This document shows, in pieces, positions 41,578 to 51,708 of a stretch of 64,000 bases of DNA. The stretch is taken from assembly GCA_013152275.1 (NCBI GenBank), contig JAADGS010000063.1:1-64000 (forward strand), in the 5' to 3' direction. The notes under the pieces were generated by a model. That model did no database searches, was not told the origin of the DNA, and saw nothing but the letters and a program-made list of their open reading frames with translations. This DNA is from Actinomycetota bacterium. Lineage in GTDB: Bacteria; Actinomycetota; Acidimicrobiia; Spongiisociales; UBA4744. Positions within the stretch are counted from its first letter, which is position 1. Each line of letters opens with the position of its first letter. The position numbers were made by a program, and so were the translations under genes.

Positions 41578-42659
41578 AGTACGTCGACGAGTACCGTAGC
41601 GAAGCCTCCGCGCGGCAACTCTTTGCCGCCATCCGTGATGCGACCACCCGACCGTGGACGATCATGGAGATCTGTGGAGGGCAAACCCACACGTTGATCA
41701 AGTTCGGAATCGACAACATGCTTCCCGACGAGATAACCCTCGTCCACGGCCCCGGCTGTCCCGTGTGCGTCACACCTTTGGAGATGATCGACAAGGCGAT
41801 CGCCATCGCCAGACGTCCCGAAGTGATCTTCACATCCTTCGGCGACATGCTGCGCGTGCCCGGTTCCGACACGGATCTGCTGGCCGTGAAGGCGGAAGGC
41901 GGCGATGTGCGAATGGTGTACTCACCACTGGACGCCGTGAGGCTTGCCCAGCGGTATCCGGACCGACACGTCGTGTTCTTCGCAGTCGGATTCGAGACGA
42001 CCGCCCCGGCCAACGCCATGGCGGTACGGCATGCGCGAGCGCTCGAACTCACGAACTTCTCGATCCTGTCCTCCCATGTCCTCGTGCCGCCGGCGATGGA
42101 AGCGATCCTCGGCTCCCCCGACAACCTGGTGCAGGGGTTCCTGGCTGCCGGACACGTCTGCGCGGTGATGGGCTATTGGGAATACGAACCGATCGCAGAA
42201 CGGTACAAAGTCCCGATCGTCGTGACCGGGTTCGAACCGCTCGACCTCCTCCAGGGCATCTACATGGCGGTACGCATGCTCGAAGAAGGGCGTGTGGGCG
42301 TCGAAAACCAGTACGCGAGGGCTGTCGTCAAGGAAGGCAACGTCCCCGCCCAGGCGATGTTGCGAGAAGTATTCCGGCCCTGTGACCGACCGTGGAGGGG
42401 CATCGGGATCATCCCTCTGAGCGGGTTCGGTCTGAACCCCGAGTACGCGGCGTTCGATGCCACACTCCGATTCGACGTGGAGACGGTGACGGCCTCCGAG
42501 TCGGAGATCTGCATTGCCGGCGAGATCATGCGTGGCCTTCGCAAACCAAACGACTGCCCGGTGTTCGGGACCGACTGCACACCGGAACACCCTGTGGGTG
42601 CGCCCATGGTCTCGTCTGAAGGTGCCTGCGCGGCCTACTACCAATACGGGAGGGTCTGA
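41574..42659 (+). CDS. hypD: HypD
   Basis: [34 protein letters not shown]. Confidence 0.97.
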   Translation: MKYVDEYRSEASARQLFAAIRDATTRPWTIMEICGGQTHTLIKFGIDNMLPDEITLVHGPGCPVCVTPLEMIDKAIAIARRPEVIFTSFGDMLRVPGSDTDLLAVKAEGGDVRMVYSPLDAVRLAQRYPDRHVVFFAVGFETTAPANAMAVRHARALELTNFSILSSHVLVPPAMEAILGSPDNLVQGFLAAGHVCAVMGYWEYEPIAERYKVPIVVTGFEPLDLLQGIYMAVRMLEEGRVGVENQYARAVVKEGNVPAQAMLREVFRPCDRPWRGIGIIPLSGFGLNPEYAAFDATLRFDVETVTASESEICIAGEIMRGLRKPNDCPVFGTDCTPEHPVGAPMVSSEGACAAYYQYGRV

Positions 42660-42661
42660 CC

Positions 42662-43714
42662 ATGGATGTCTCCGGGCTCGGAGTGTGCCCGATTCCCATC
42701 ACCGACTACCCGCATGTGCTCCTTGCCCACGGCGGGGGCGGCTCACTGTCGCAGATGCTGATCGAGCGGATGTTCGTGCCGACGTTCGGGAACCCGGTCC
42801 TGAACCAGCTTCATGATGGCGCCGTGCTCGACATGGAAATGAACCGGATCGCCGTCTCGACGGATTCTTTCGTGATCAGCCCGCTCTTCTTTCCTGGAGG
42901 CGACATCGGTTCGCTCGCCGTCCACGGCACCGTGAACGACGTCGCCATGTGCGGCGCAACCCCACGATTCCTCACCGTCGCGTTCATCCTCGAAGAAGGC
43001 CTTCCCATGGATGATCTGTGGCGCATCGTCTCGTCGATGAGGACCGCGGCAGACGGTGCCGGAGTCACGATCGTGACCGGGGACACCAAGGTCGTCGACC
43101 GAGGCAAGGGCGACGGCATCTACATCAATACGACCGGGGTCGGCGTCGTACCAGAAGGGATCGAAGTCTCTCCGGTGCGTGCCGAGCCAGGGGATGTCGT
43201 ATTGATCTCGGGTCGTATCGCCGAGCACGGCATCGCCGTCATGTCGGTCCGGGAAGGCCTCGAGTTCGAGACGCGCATCGGGAGTGATTCGGCGTCACTC
43301 AACGGCCTCGTGGAGGCGATCCTCGGAGCAGGCGGGTCCCGTGTTCACGTCCTGCGAGACCCGACTCGGGGCGGCCTGGCAAGCGCAACCAACGAGATCG
43401 CCGGGAGCGCCCGACGCGGGATTCGACTCGTCGAGTCGACCATCCCGATCCTGGATGAAGTTCGGGGTGCCTGCGAGATTCTCGGGTTCGACCCTCTCTA
43501 CGTTGCCAACGAGGGCAAACTGATCGCCATCGTCGCACCGGATGCCGCCGGGGCCGTACTTGCCGCAATGCAGACCCACCCCCTGGGAAGGGATGCTGCA
43601 GTGATCGGCGAGGTGACCGCGGAGCATCCTGGCCGCGTGTTCCTTCGAAGCAGTGTCGGCGGTAGCCGAGTCGTGGACATGCTGAGTGGGGAGCAGCTGC
43701 CGAGGATCTGTTGA
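42662..43714 (+). CDS. hypE: HypE
   Basis: AHGGGG, GTVND, GDTKVV, RDPTRGG, C-terminal PRIC. Confidence 0.97.
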   Translation: MDVSGLGVCPIPITDYPHVLLAHGGGGSLSQMLIERMFVPTFGNPVLNQLHDGAVLDMEMNRIAVSTDSFVISPLFFPGGDIGSLAVHGTVNDVAMCGATPRFLTVAFILEEGLPMDDLWRIVSSMRTAADGAGVTIVTGDTKVVDRGKGDGIYINTTGVGVVPEGIEVSPVRAEPGDVVLISGRIAEHGIAVMSVREGLEFETRIGSDSASLNGLVEAILGAGGSRVHVLRDPTRGGLASATNEIAGSARRGIRLVESTIPILDEVRGACEILGFDPLYVANEGKLIAIVAPDAAGAVLAAMQTHPLGRDAAVIGEVTAEHPGRVFLRSSVGGSRVVDMLSGEQLPRIC

Positions 43715-43828
43715 GGTTCGGCTCCGCCGCCACCGTGCGGCAATCGACGCCAAAGTGCCCCCGCAAAACCCCCCGCCTCCAATCACCGAAAGCAGCCGCC
43801 GCCGATTGCACAGCTACTCTGCACCTCG

Positions 43829-44914
43829 ATGCTCATCCCCGACTACGCCGGTGGTTCCCTCGCCAACCTCTCCGCAGAGCTGGAGCTACGACTCACCGGC
43901 GCCACCGCCGCGACGCCGATGCACTCCTCGCTCTCGACACTGATCCCCGAAGCGGGAACCTACGTGATCGTGCTCTTCGACGGGCTCGGCGATCATCAAC
44001 TCGACCATCCTGCGGCCGCCACCCTGCGAGCATCTCGGGTCGACGCCATCGACGCGGTGTTCCCCACGACCACGAGCGTCAACCTCGCATCGCTCGTGAC
44101 GGGCTTCACGCCGGTCCGCCATGGACTCATCGCCCACCAGTTGTTCATGCGCGGCGCGGTCGTCAACACGCTCAAGTGGAAGACCCTTGGCGGAAACCCC
44201 GTGGCATTCGACACGAGGAGCGTGCTACCGAGCCCGAACCTGTGGGAACGTCTCACCATGGCCGGCATCGAGCCGATCACCGTGCAGCCCGGTGCCTTCG
44301 AGTCCAGTCCACTCAGCCGTGCCCTGTATCGCGGATGCCGGTTCGAGCCTGCATGGAGCCACCAGGAACTCATCGACGCAAGCGTGCAACTCGCCGCCGG
44401 TCGGAAACGGCTCATCGTCACCTATGTTCCCAACGTCGACGTTGCGGCACACGTCCACGGGCTCGCATCGGGCGAGTACACGGAGGCGATGCAGGTCGCC
44501 GATGGTGTGTGGAGCAGCATCGCTGCCCGGCTGCCCGCAGACACGGTGATGATCGGAATCGCCGACCATGGCCTCGTCGACTATCCCGAGAGCGCCAAAG
44601 TCCAGCTGCGACGGCCTGAGGGCCTGCAGTACTACGGCGATCCGCGCGGCGTACTCGTGCGTGGCCCGGCACCGTCGGCGGAGGAACTCGCTGCGACGGT
44701 GCCGGCGACATGGGTGCCGATCGAGACACTCCGGGCCTGGTGGGGACACGAACACCCCCATGGCGATCTACGACGCCGCTCCCCCGTGGGAGCGTTGGTC
44801 CCCGATCGTGACCATGTGCTCCTGCCCAGCGGGATGGACAAGCGGATGGTCGGCTACCACGGCGGCTTGGATGAGCGAGAGGTGAAGGTGCCACTGTTGG
44901 TCGCCACAGGCTGA
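43829..44914 (+). CDS. Alkaline phosphatase superfamily / nucleotide pyrophosphatase-phosphodiesterase
   Basis: DGLG, FPTTT, D..AH..G, ADHG, GYHGG. Confidence 0.82.
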   Translation: MLIPDYAGGSLANLSAELELRLTGATAATPMHSSLSTLIPEAGTYVIVLFDGLGDHQLDHPAAATLRASRVDAIDAVFPTTTSVNLASLVTGFTPVRHGLIAHQLFMRGAVVNTLKWKTLGGNPVAFDTRSVLPSPNLWERLTMAGIEPITVQPGAFESSPLSRALYRGCRFEPAWSHQELIDASVQLAAGRKRLIVTYVPNVDVAAHVHGLASGEYTEAMQVADGVWSSIAARLPADTVMIGIADHGLVDYPESAKVQLRRPEGLQYYGDPRGVLVRGPAPSAEELAATVPATWVPIETLRAWWGHEHPHGDLRRRSPVGALVPDRDHVLLPSGMDKRMVGYHGGLDEREVKVPLLVATG

Positions 44915-45176
44915 GGCACCGGGCAGACCGTTGAGCAATGGGACGTGTTCTCCCCCGCCCCGGCGCGCCCCTGCGGTACCTCCGGCCCGCGGCCCAACGC
45001 CGACCTAAGGTCGCGATACGGAATACCAGGCACCGGAGTAGCGAATAAGGGGAACGAAGCGAGCCTGTGTGCTCGAGTCGACATCCCCAACCGGAGATCG
45101 CCATACTGCGCCGCGTGGAACATCCTCCACTTCCCAGAGGAACCGTCGTCCTGCCCGGCACGAACATCGAAGGCGC

Positions 45177-45891
45177 ATGGACGCGCTTCTATCCGTTCGA
45201 GGCGTTGCACCATCTCCATTCGATCTGCAACCCGATGTCCTCAGAGGATCTCGACCGCCTCGTCGATGTTCTCGATCCTCGAGACGGAGACCAGGCGCTC
45301 GACCTCGCATGCGGCCACGGCGAACTCCTCAGACGCCTTTCCCGGCGCGCCGCCATCGGGGGAACCGGGGTGGATCTCTCCCCGTGGGCGCTGCGACGAG
45401 CCACAACACACTCGACGGCGATTGCCTGGTGGCTCGGGGACGCCGCCGAAGTTCCCGAAGTGCCGGACTGGGAGATCGTGACCTGTCTCGGCGCTTCGTG
45501 GATCTGGGATGGCTTCGCCGGTACGGTATCTTCCCTCGCGGCCAGGGCCACATCCGGCGGTCGGATCGCCATTGGAGACCTTCGACTCGCGACGCCACAC
45601 GCTCGCGAAGCTCTCGGCAACGCCCCTGAGGCGGCCTCGCCCACCGAGGACGAACAGCTCGCAACGTTGCGGAGTATCGGACTTCAACCGGTCGAACAGA
45701 TCGTCCCGGACCCGCAAGCATGGAAGACCTACCACGACCTCGTCATCGAGTCTGCCGAGGCCTACGCCGCCAGACATCCCGAGGATCCGGCCGCAGACCA
45801 CAGAGCCATGGCCCGAGCGTGGATGCACAACGACTACGAGCGTCTACGTGCCCACCTCGCCTGGACCGTGTGGGTGGCGCGCACGCCGTGA
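45177..45891 (+). CDS. Class I SAM-dependent methyltransferase (start uncertain)
   Basis: ICNPMS, LDLACGHGE, GVDLS, CLGASW; start shown is an out-of-frame ATG (see findings), in-frame ORF track begins at 45067. Confidence 0.75.
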
Positions 45892-45892
45892 G

Positions 45893-46717
45893 TCATACCG
45901 CCGGCGCAGGCACAGGACGGCGGCCCGTCATCTTCAAGAAAGCGACGAGCACCGGGATCAGGTATGCCCAGTAGCCGCCGAGCGTCAGTAAAGACGGGTT
46001 GTACGAGATGCCGAAAAGTGCCTTGGCGAAGCTGCCGAACAGGCTCGTGGAAGGGTCGAGAAACCCGAGCGTCCACACGTGCTCGACGACCACCGGCAGA
46101 AAGCCGGCCTCCTGAAACTCGTGGATCCCCTTGCCGATCAGACCGGCGGCCACGACGACGATCAGAGTCCCCGTAATCCGGAAGAAGAGGCGCAGATCGA
46201 TCCGGCGGCCTCCTCGATACACGAGATATCCGATGCCGACCGCAACGATCAGACCGAACAACCCGCCGACGAATTGAACACCCTGAGCCTCGACTCCCAC
46301 CGCAACCGAAATCATGAACAGTGCCGATTCAAGCCCCTCTCGCAGCACCGCCACGAACGCAACCGCCGCGAGGCCAAGCATGCCGCCGGAGGCGAGAACG
46401 GACCCGGCTTCGTTCTCGAGGTGCGCCTTGAGTAGATGCGCCCTGCTCCCCATCCAGAAGATCATCCATGTCAGCAGTCCTACTGCGGCGAGTGCCACAG
46501 CCCCTTCCGCAATCTGTTCCGCACGACCTTCGAGCGATCCGATCGTCCGGAAGATCACTGCACCCGCGACCAGTGACACACCCGCTGCGGCAGCGGTCCC
46601 GGACCAAACCCAACGCACCCCCCGGTATTGCTTCGACCGCACGAGATAGGCAAGCAGGATCGCGACGATCAGGGCTGCTTCGACTCCTTCACGGAGCATC
46701 ACCAGGAATCCGGCCAT
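45893..46717 (-). CDS. FTR1/EfeU-family iron permease
   Basis: Two REGxE motifs (LREGVE, LREGLE), HEFQEAG, seven TM helices. Confidence 0.92.
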   Translation of the reverse strand: MAGFLVMLREGVEAALIVAILLAYLVRSKQYRGVRWVWSGTAAAAGVSLVAGAVIFRTIGSLEGRAEQIAEGAVALAAVGLLTWMIFWMGSRAHLLKAHLENEAGSVLASGGMLGLAAVAFVAVLREGLESALFMISVAVGVEAQGVQFVGGLFGLIVAVGIGYLVYRGGRRIDLRLFFRITGTLIVVVAAGLIGKGIHEFQEAGFLPVVVEHVWTLGFLDPSTSLFGSFAKALFGISYNPSLLTLGGYWAYLIPVLVAFLKMTGRRPVPAPAV

Positions 46718-46755
46718 AGGACGACGCCTCCATCGCTGAAAGCATCAGCCTATTA

Positions 46756-46773
46756 GCACTACGCGCGTAGTGC
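46756..46773. promoter_or_regulatory. Perfect 18-bp palindrome upstream of FTR1, candidate operator
   Basis: GCACTACGCGCGTAGTGC about 40 bp before start, next to a TAGGCT -10-like hexamer on the minus strand. Confidence 0.4.
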
Positions 46774-46852
46774 GAACCATATGATCGCGCTCACGCCCTC
46801 ATCGGGTTCGAGGTCGCGGGAACACCCCACCGCCTCGCCGGCACTCGGCACT

Positions 46853-47630
46853 TCCCCCTGAGGGGAAGACAAACCCTGGCGCTCTCAGCCGTTCTGGACG
46901 GATCGGATGTAGTCCAGGACCGCCCGGATCTCCTCATCGGAGAACGCCGGCATGGCCGTGCCCGCCACACCGTTCTCGATGGCTCCAAGTAGTTCTGCGT
47001 CGGGATCACCGGCCGCAGGCGAGTTCGCATCGAGAGCCTTACCGACACCACCCTCCAGATTCGCGCCATGACAGGCGGCACACTTCGCCGTGTAGATCGC
47101 CTTGCCATCGACGCCGCTCGAAGGCGCCGTCGTGGCGGTCGACCCGCCGCTCGAACACGCTGCTACCAGCAGCGCCAACACTGCAATGACAATGACCATG
47201 CGTCTCATGGATTCCTCCCCTTGGCAGGTCGAAACCTATCACGCAACACGGGTTTGTGGGGCCAACACCGCCTCAGGTCCTTGCTTCCTCCAACGCAGAT
47301 CGGGAGAAACCGAGTCGGATCGAAGACATCCCCATCACTTCGGCTCGTTCCTCGCCGAGCCCACATCCCCCTGAGGGGAAGACAAACCCTGGCGCTCTCA
47401 GCCGTTCTGGACGGATCGGATGTAGTCCAGGACCGCCCGGATCTCCTCATCGGAGAGCCGCTCCACGCCGGCATGGCCGTGCCCGCCACACCGTTCTCGA
47501 TCGTCCCGAGTAGTTCCTCGTCGGGATCACCGGCCGCAGGCGAGTTCGCATCGAGAGCCTTACCGACACCACCCTCCAGATTCGCGCCATGACAGGCAGC
47601 ACACTTCGCCGTGTAGATCGCCTTGCCATC
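46853..47630. repeat. Direct duplication of a cytochrome c domain plus 3' flank
   Basis: 46853-47109 and 47366-47630 near-identical; second copy has 8 extra nt at 47457-47464. Confidence 0.93.
46885..47208 (-). CDS. Monoheme cytochrome c lipoprotein
   Basis: Lipobox LVAAC, CAACH, distal Met in AMPAF; GGAGG RBS. Confidence 0.9.
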   Translation of the reverse strand: MRRMVIVIAVLALLVAACSSGGSTATTAPSSGVDGKAIYTAKCAACHGANLEGGVGKALDANSPAAGDPDAELLGAIENGVAGTAMPAFSDEEIRAVLDYIRSVQNG

Positions 47631-48134
47631 CGGTCCGGCTGCTCCAACGGTGGTCGTGGTACCGCCTCCGGTGGCGGACGGTGCCGCCAGTGGCTCCCGC
47701 CAGTTCGGACGATCGGGTGCGCCCTTTTCCAGCGAGCGCAGGTAGGAGGACAAGGCATTGATCTGTTCGAGGGTGAACGGACCGTTGAAGTCCTGCAGGT
47801 AGGCACTCATCTGCGTCCCCGGAATACCGACCGAGACGAGCGAGCGAATCTGCTCGTCTGACACCGAGCCGAGAAACTGCTTCGAATTGAGTGCAGGACC
47901 GATCCCCCCGGTGGCGTTCTGGCCATGGCAGGCAGCGCAGTTCTGCACGAAGAGTTCATCACCGGTGGCAATCAGATTGGCGACATGCTGCGCTTTTGCC
48001 TCCGCGCGCCTGTTCGGTTCGACCAGCCTGTAGGCGACAAACGCCAGCACGAGGAGCACCAGCAGACCGACACCCCACAGCATCCACCTGTTCGTAGATT
48101 CATCCATCTTCGGATCTGGTGGTCGTTCAGGCAC
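47398..48134 (-). CDS. Membrane-anchored diheme cytochrome c, frameshifted near 3' end
   Basis: N-terminal TM, two CAACH motifs; homologous stop at 47398-47400 is out of frame because of the indel at ~47460, so the ORF as read runs to 47205. Confidence 0.85.
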
Positions 48135-48630
48135 TTTCTGTCCCCCCGCAGTTTGGGCCACGCAGCGGTTCATCGATCGTCTCGGGGCCGCGTGGAGGCC
48201 CGAGAGTCACCAAACCCGTGTCCACTTGAACGATGCCGTCGACGATCTCCACCGCGTAGCGATCCATGCCTCGGGGAGCAGGGCCCTCCCGCCACTCTCC
48301 AAGTCGGTTGAACTTCGAGCCATGGCATGGGCACTCGAACTCGCCAGACGAATCGCACCACGGCACCCGGCATCCCAGGTGTGGACATTTCCACGAGAGT
48401 GCCACGGTCTCGCCCTCGATTTCGGCCACATACCCACGAATGGCCGGCAACTCGGCGACATCCACGGTCGGGACGTCGGCGACGGGGCCTGCTTTCACCA
48501 TTCCCCCGAAACCGGAGGTCTCGCCCGGCTTGAACATGTCCCAGCTTGTCCAGGCACCGGCAACACCAACGAGACCGAAACCCCATTTCCAGCCTCTGGC
48601 CAGCAGCTCTCTTCGGTTGATCTTGCTCAT
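48127..48630 (-). CDS. Rieske [2Fe-2S] protein of a Rieske/cytochrome b complex
   Basis: Tat NRRELL, CPHLGC and CPCHGSKF, GPAPR. Confidence 0.93.
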   Translation of the reverse strand: MSKINRRELLARGWKWGFGLVGVAGAWTSWDMFKPGETSGFGGMVKAGPVADVPTVDVAELPAIRGYVAEIEGETVALSWKCPHLGCRVPWCDSSGEFECPCHGSKFNRLGEWREGPAPRGMDRYAVEIVDGIVQVDTGLVTLGPPRGPETIDEPLRGPNCGGTESA

Positions 48631-49148
48631 AGCTCTCCGTACCAATCCTTCCACGGCCAGACCCAACCCCAGTCGGGACCTCTGAACATGAACCCGATCA
48701 GCGTGAGCAGGATCCAGACGACCATGAAGATCGTGAACGTGGCGACGGCCACCTTACGGAATCTTGGCTGAAGGTGAGGGTTCCGGTCGATGTACGGCAA
48801 CGCGGCCAAGCCGAGCACGATCGCGCCCGGCAAGAGGACTCCCGCCACCAGCGGATGGAAATGCGACAGGAGTTCCTGCAAGGCTGCAAAGTACCAAGGG
48901 GCCTTCTCGGGGTTCGGGGTCAAGTTCGGATTGGCGATCTCCCGCAGCGGAGCATTGAACACGACCGCAAGAAGCACGACGACTGCAACGACGACCAGAG
49001 CCGTCACGGCATGACGCACGAGCAGATGTGGCCACACCATCACCGGATCCTCCTCCGACAACACCTTCCGCTTCCCACCGGGCGGGATGCCGGGTACCAC
49101 GCCAAGGACACGATGCCCCTTGATCACCTTCGGTTCCTGGTCGTCCAT
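48627..49148 (-). CDS. Cytochrome b C-terminal half (subunit IV / PetD-like)
   Basis: VWPHLL, ANP..TPNPEKAPWYF, LPYIDR. Confidence 0.88.
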   Translation of the reverse strand: MDDQEPKVIKGHRVLGVVPGIPPGGKRKVLSEEDPVMVWPHLLVRHAVTALVVVAVVVLLAVVFNAPLREIANPNLTPNPEKAPWYFAALQELLSHFHPLVAGVLLPGAIVLGLAALPYIDRNPHLQPRFRKVAVATFTIFMVVWILLTLIGFMFRGPDWGWVWPWKDWYGEL

Positions 49149-49150
49149 GG

Positions 49151-49909
49151 TCACCTCCCCACCGCTGCGACGTCCTCTTCGGCACGCTCCTCGTCGGTCG
49201 ACTGCGTCAACATCGAGTCCTTCCTCCAACGCCAGAGATGGAACGTCACCACGATCACCAGCACCGTCGGCAGCACGGCGACATGCAGCACGTAGAAGCG
49301 GAGCAGGGTGGAAGAGCCGACTTCGGAACCGCCCAACAGGATCTTCTCGATGAGGCCTCCCAGCACCGGCACGAAACCTGCCATCGAGCTTCCGACCGTC
49401 ACCGCCCAATACGCCAACTGATCCCAGGGAAGCAGATAGCCCGTGAACGAGAGCAGCAATGTGATGACGAGCAGGACGACTCCGATGACCCAGTTGAACT
49501 CCTTCGGCTTCTTGTACGCACCGCGATAGAACACCCGGGCCATGTGGATTGCCACGATGAGCACCATCAGGTGGGCAGACCAGCGGTGAACGTTACGCAC
49601 GTATTGCCCGAACGGAATACTCGTCTGGATGCGCAGAATATCGAGGTACGCCGACGCCGGAGACGGCACATAGAAGAACATCAGATAGATGCCCGACAGC
49701 ACGAGTGAGCCGAAGAGGACCAGAGCTGCAACACCCAGATACCACGAGTAGCGGAAGCCGATCTCCTTCCTCCTCATCTTCACGGGGTAGATGTGCAACA
49801 AGAAGCTCGCCCAGTGGCCGGCGGCACGGTCGCGCTCCGTCACGCGGTCGGGAGTCCTCCAGATGGAGCGCCCGATCGTGGACTCTCTCACTTGTTTCAT
49901 CAGATTCAT
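49151..49909 (-). CDS. Cytochrome b N-terminal half (cytochrome b6 / PetB-like)
   Basis: HRWSAH...HMARV, NWVIG, TGYLLPWDQLAYWA, RFYVLH...FH heme ligands. Confidence 0.93.
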   Translation of the reverse strand: MNLMKQVRESTIGRSIWRTPDRVTERDRAAGHWASFLLHIYPVKMRRKEIGFRYSWYLGVAALVLFGSLVLSGIYLMFFYVPSPASAYLDILRIQTSIPFGQYVRNVHRWSAHLMVLIVAIHMARVFYRGAYKKPKEFNWVIGVVLLVITLLLSFTGYLLPWDQLAYWAVTVGSSMAGFVPVLGGLIEKILLGGSEVGSSTLLRFYVLHVAVLPTVLVIVVTFHLWRWRKDSMLTQSTDEERAEEDVAAVGR

Positions 49910-51708
49910 ACTTGCACTCCCACTTTTGGCACCCCCACTCCCGTCCACAATCCCATGGACAGGGCGTCCGTCGGGCACCGCTCGATACAAAGCGCGCACC
50001 GAATGCATGCACGCTCGTCGAACATCAGCGCCGTCGACCCTGCCGGACCGGCCCCAACCTCCTCTGCCGGAACGAGCGAGATCACATCGATCGGACACAC
50101 GTCGGCGCACAGCGCGCACAGCACGCACTCACTGGCGTCGAGGAGGATGTTGGCAAAACAGCGTAGGCATCGTTTGGCCTCACACCGAGCCATCTCCTCG
50201 GTGAACCCTGTCTCGACCTCCGTCAGGCCGATGCGACGATCGGTCGGAGTCGTGGGGACATCGATGCGCCCGATACGGTCGTAGATGTCATCGAGACGGT
50301 GAAACTGCTCCAGCCGGACCATCTGGCCTCTCTGTTGCTCCTGGATCTCGCCACCGAACGCCTTGTGGATCTGCGCCGCGGCGATCCGACCGTCGGCGAT
50401 ACCGAGGATCAGTGTTCGGGGCCCTTTTGCGGCGTCGCCACCGGCCCACACCATGGGTATCGACGTCTCGAGGGTGTCGGGATCGATCTGGATCGTCCTG
50501 CGGGGGGAGACCTGCGGACCGTCGGCGCCGAGCGCCTCGACATCGACCGACTGACCGATGGCCAGGATGATCGTGTCCGCCTCGTGCAGTTGAACATCAT
50601 CGTGGTCGAACTTTGGCGCGAATCTCCCGTTCTCGTCGAACACCGACAGCACACCAATCGTTTCGAGTCCGGTAACGCGGCCACGAGTGTCCGTCAGGAT
50701 GCGAGCGGGCCCGCGACGGTGCACGAACGCGATGTTCTCATTCACGGCCTCTTCGAGCTCGAACTCCGAGGCAGGCAACTCCTCGACCGATTCGAGCGAG
50801 ATGACCTTCACGTGTGTCGCTCCGGCTCGAGCCGCGGTGCGGGCAACGTCGAGAGCTTCGGTGATAGCGGCCGTCTCTTCCACCTGTTCGAACCGGCTTT
50901 CCAGAGCCTTGGTCTCGTAGGCGTCGCGCCGCAACGCAGTCCGTGCGGCATCCATCGCCACGTCGCCGCCGCCGATGACGATCACCTTCTCGCCGATGTC
51001 CACCTCAAAACCTTGATTGGCGTTGAGGAGGAACTCGACGGCCTTCAAGACGCCATCTGCGTCGCCTCCGGGGATGTCGAGACCGCGTCCCAAGAACGCG
51101 CCGAACGACAAGAAGACGGCGTCGTGACGCTCTCGTAGTTGATCCAGCGTGACATCGGCACCGAGTCTCGTATTCAGCTGCACCTCGACACCCATGTCGA
51201 CGATTGCACGGATCTCCGCCGCGAGCAGGCTTCGATCGAGGCGATATTCGGGAATGCCGAGAACCATCATCCCGCCGAGAACTCCCGTCGCTTCATACAC
51301 CGTCACCTTGTAGCCGAGACGTCGCAGGTCGTGCGCCGCCGACAGCCCTGTCGGCCCACCACCTACGATCCCCACGCTGTAGGGGAGATCGACGAGTGGT
51401 GCTCCAGCCACTTCCTTGTACATGTCGCTGCCTGCTTCGACCCCGTACCTCTCGGTGACGAACCTCTTCAACGCCCGAATGGCGATCGGCCGGTCGATCT
51501 CCCCCCGGCGACACTCGTCTTCGCATGGTGCAGCGCACACACGACCGCAGACCGAGGCAAATGGGTTCGGCAACCGGGCGGTCAAATAGGCGAACTCGTC
51601 CTCACCGTCCGCGATGGCGGCCACGTATGCGCCTGCGTTCGTGTGAACGGGGCATGCGGCCAGACACGGGATGTTCTCGTCGTAGAACTGGAGGGGCCCG
51701 ATCGTCAT
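49906..51708 (-). CDS. Fe-S flavoprotein, GltD/DsrL-like NAD(P)H oxidoreductase with C-terminal 2x[4Fe-4S] ferredoxin
   Basis: CLAACP and CGRVCAAPCEDEC, GGGPTG, GIPEYRL, IGGGDVAMD, EAKRCLRC, CVLCALCADVCP, CIRCALCIERCP. Confidence 0.9.
   Translation of the reverse strand: MTIGPLQFYDENIPCLAACPVHTNAGAYVAAIADGEDEFAYLTARLPNPFASVCGRVCAAPCEDECRRGEIDRPIAIRALKRFVTERYGVEAGSDMYKEVAGAPLVDLPYSVGIVGGGPTGLSAAHDLRRLGYKVTVYEATGVLGGMMVLGIPEYRLDRSLLAAEIRAIVDMGVEVQLNTRLGADVTLDQLRERHDAVFLSFGAFLGRGLDIPGGDADGVLKAVEFLLNANQGFEVDIGEKVIVIGGGDVAMDAARTALRRDAYETKALESRFEQVEETAAITEALDVARTAARAGATHVKVISLESVEELPASEFELEEAVNENIAFVHRRGPARILTDTRGRVTGLETIGVLSVFDENGRFAPKFDHDDVQLHEADTIILAIGQSVDVEALGADGPQVSPRRTIQIDPDTLETSIPMVWAGGDAAKGPRTLILGIADGRIAAAQIHKAFGGEIQEQQRGQMVRLEQFHRLDDIYDRIGRIDVPTTPTDRRIGLTEVETGFTEEMARCEAKRCLRCFANILLDASECVLCALCADVCPIDVISLVPAEEVGAGPAGSTALMFDERACIRCALCIERCPTDALSMGLWTGVGVPKVGVQV

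Noticed and set aside
44915..45176. Structured RNA or short gene in intergenic region
   Set aside because: A CCTAAGG-containing stem is present but the rest of a known RNA motif is not; short ORFs lack support
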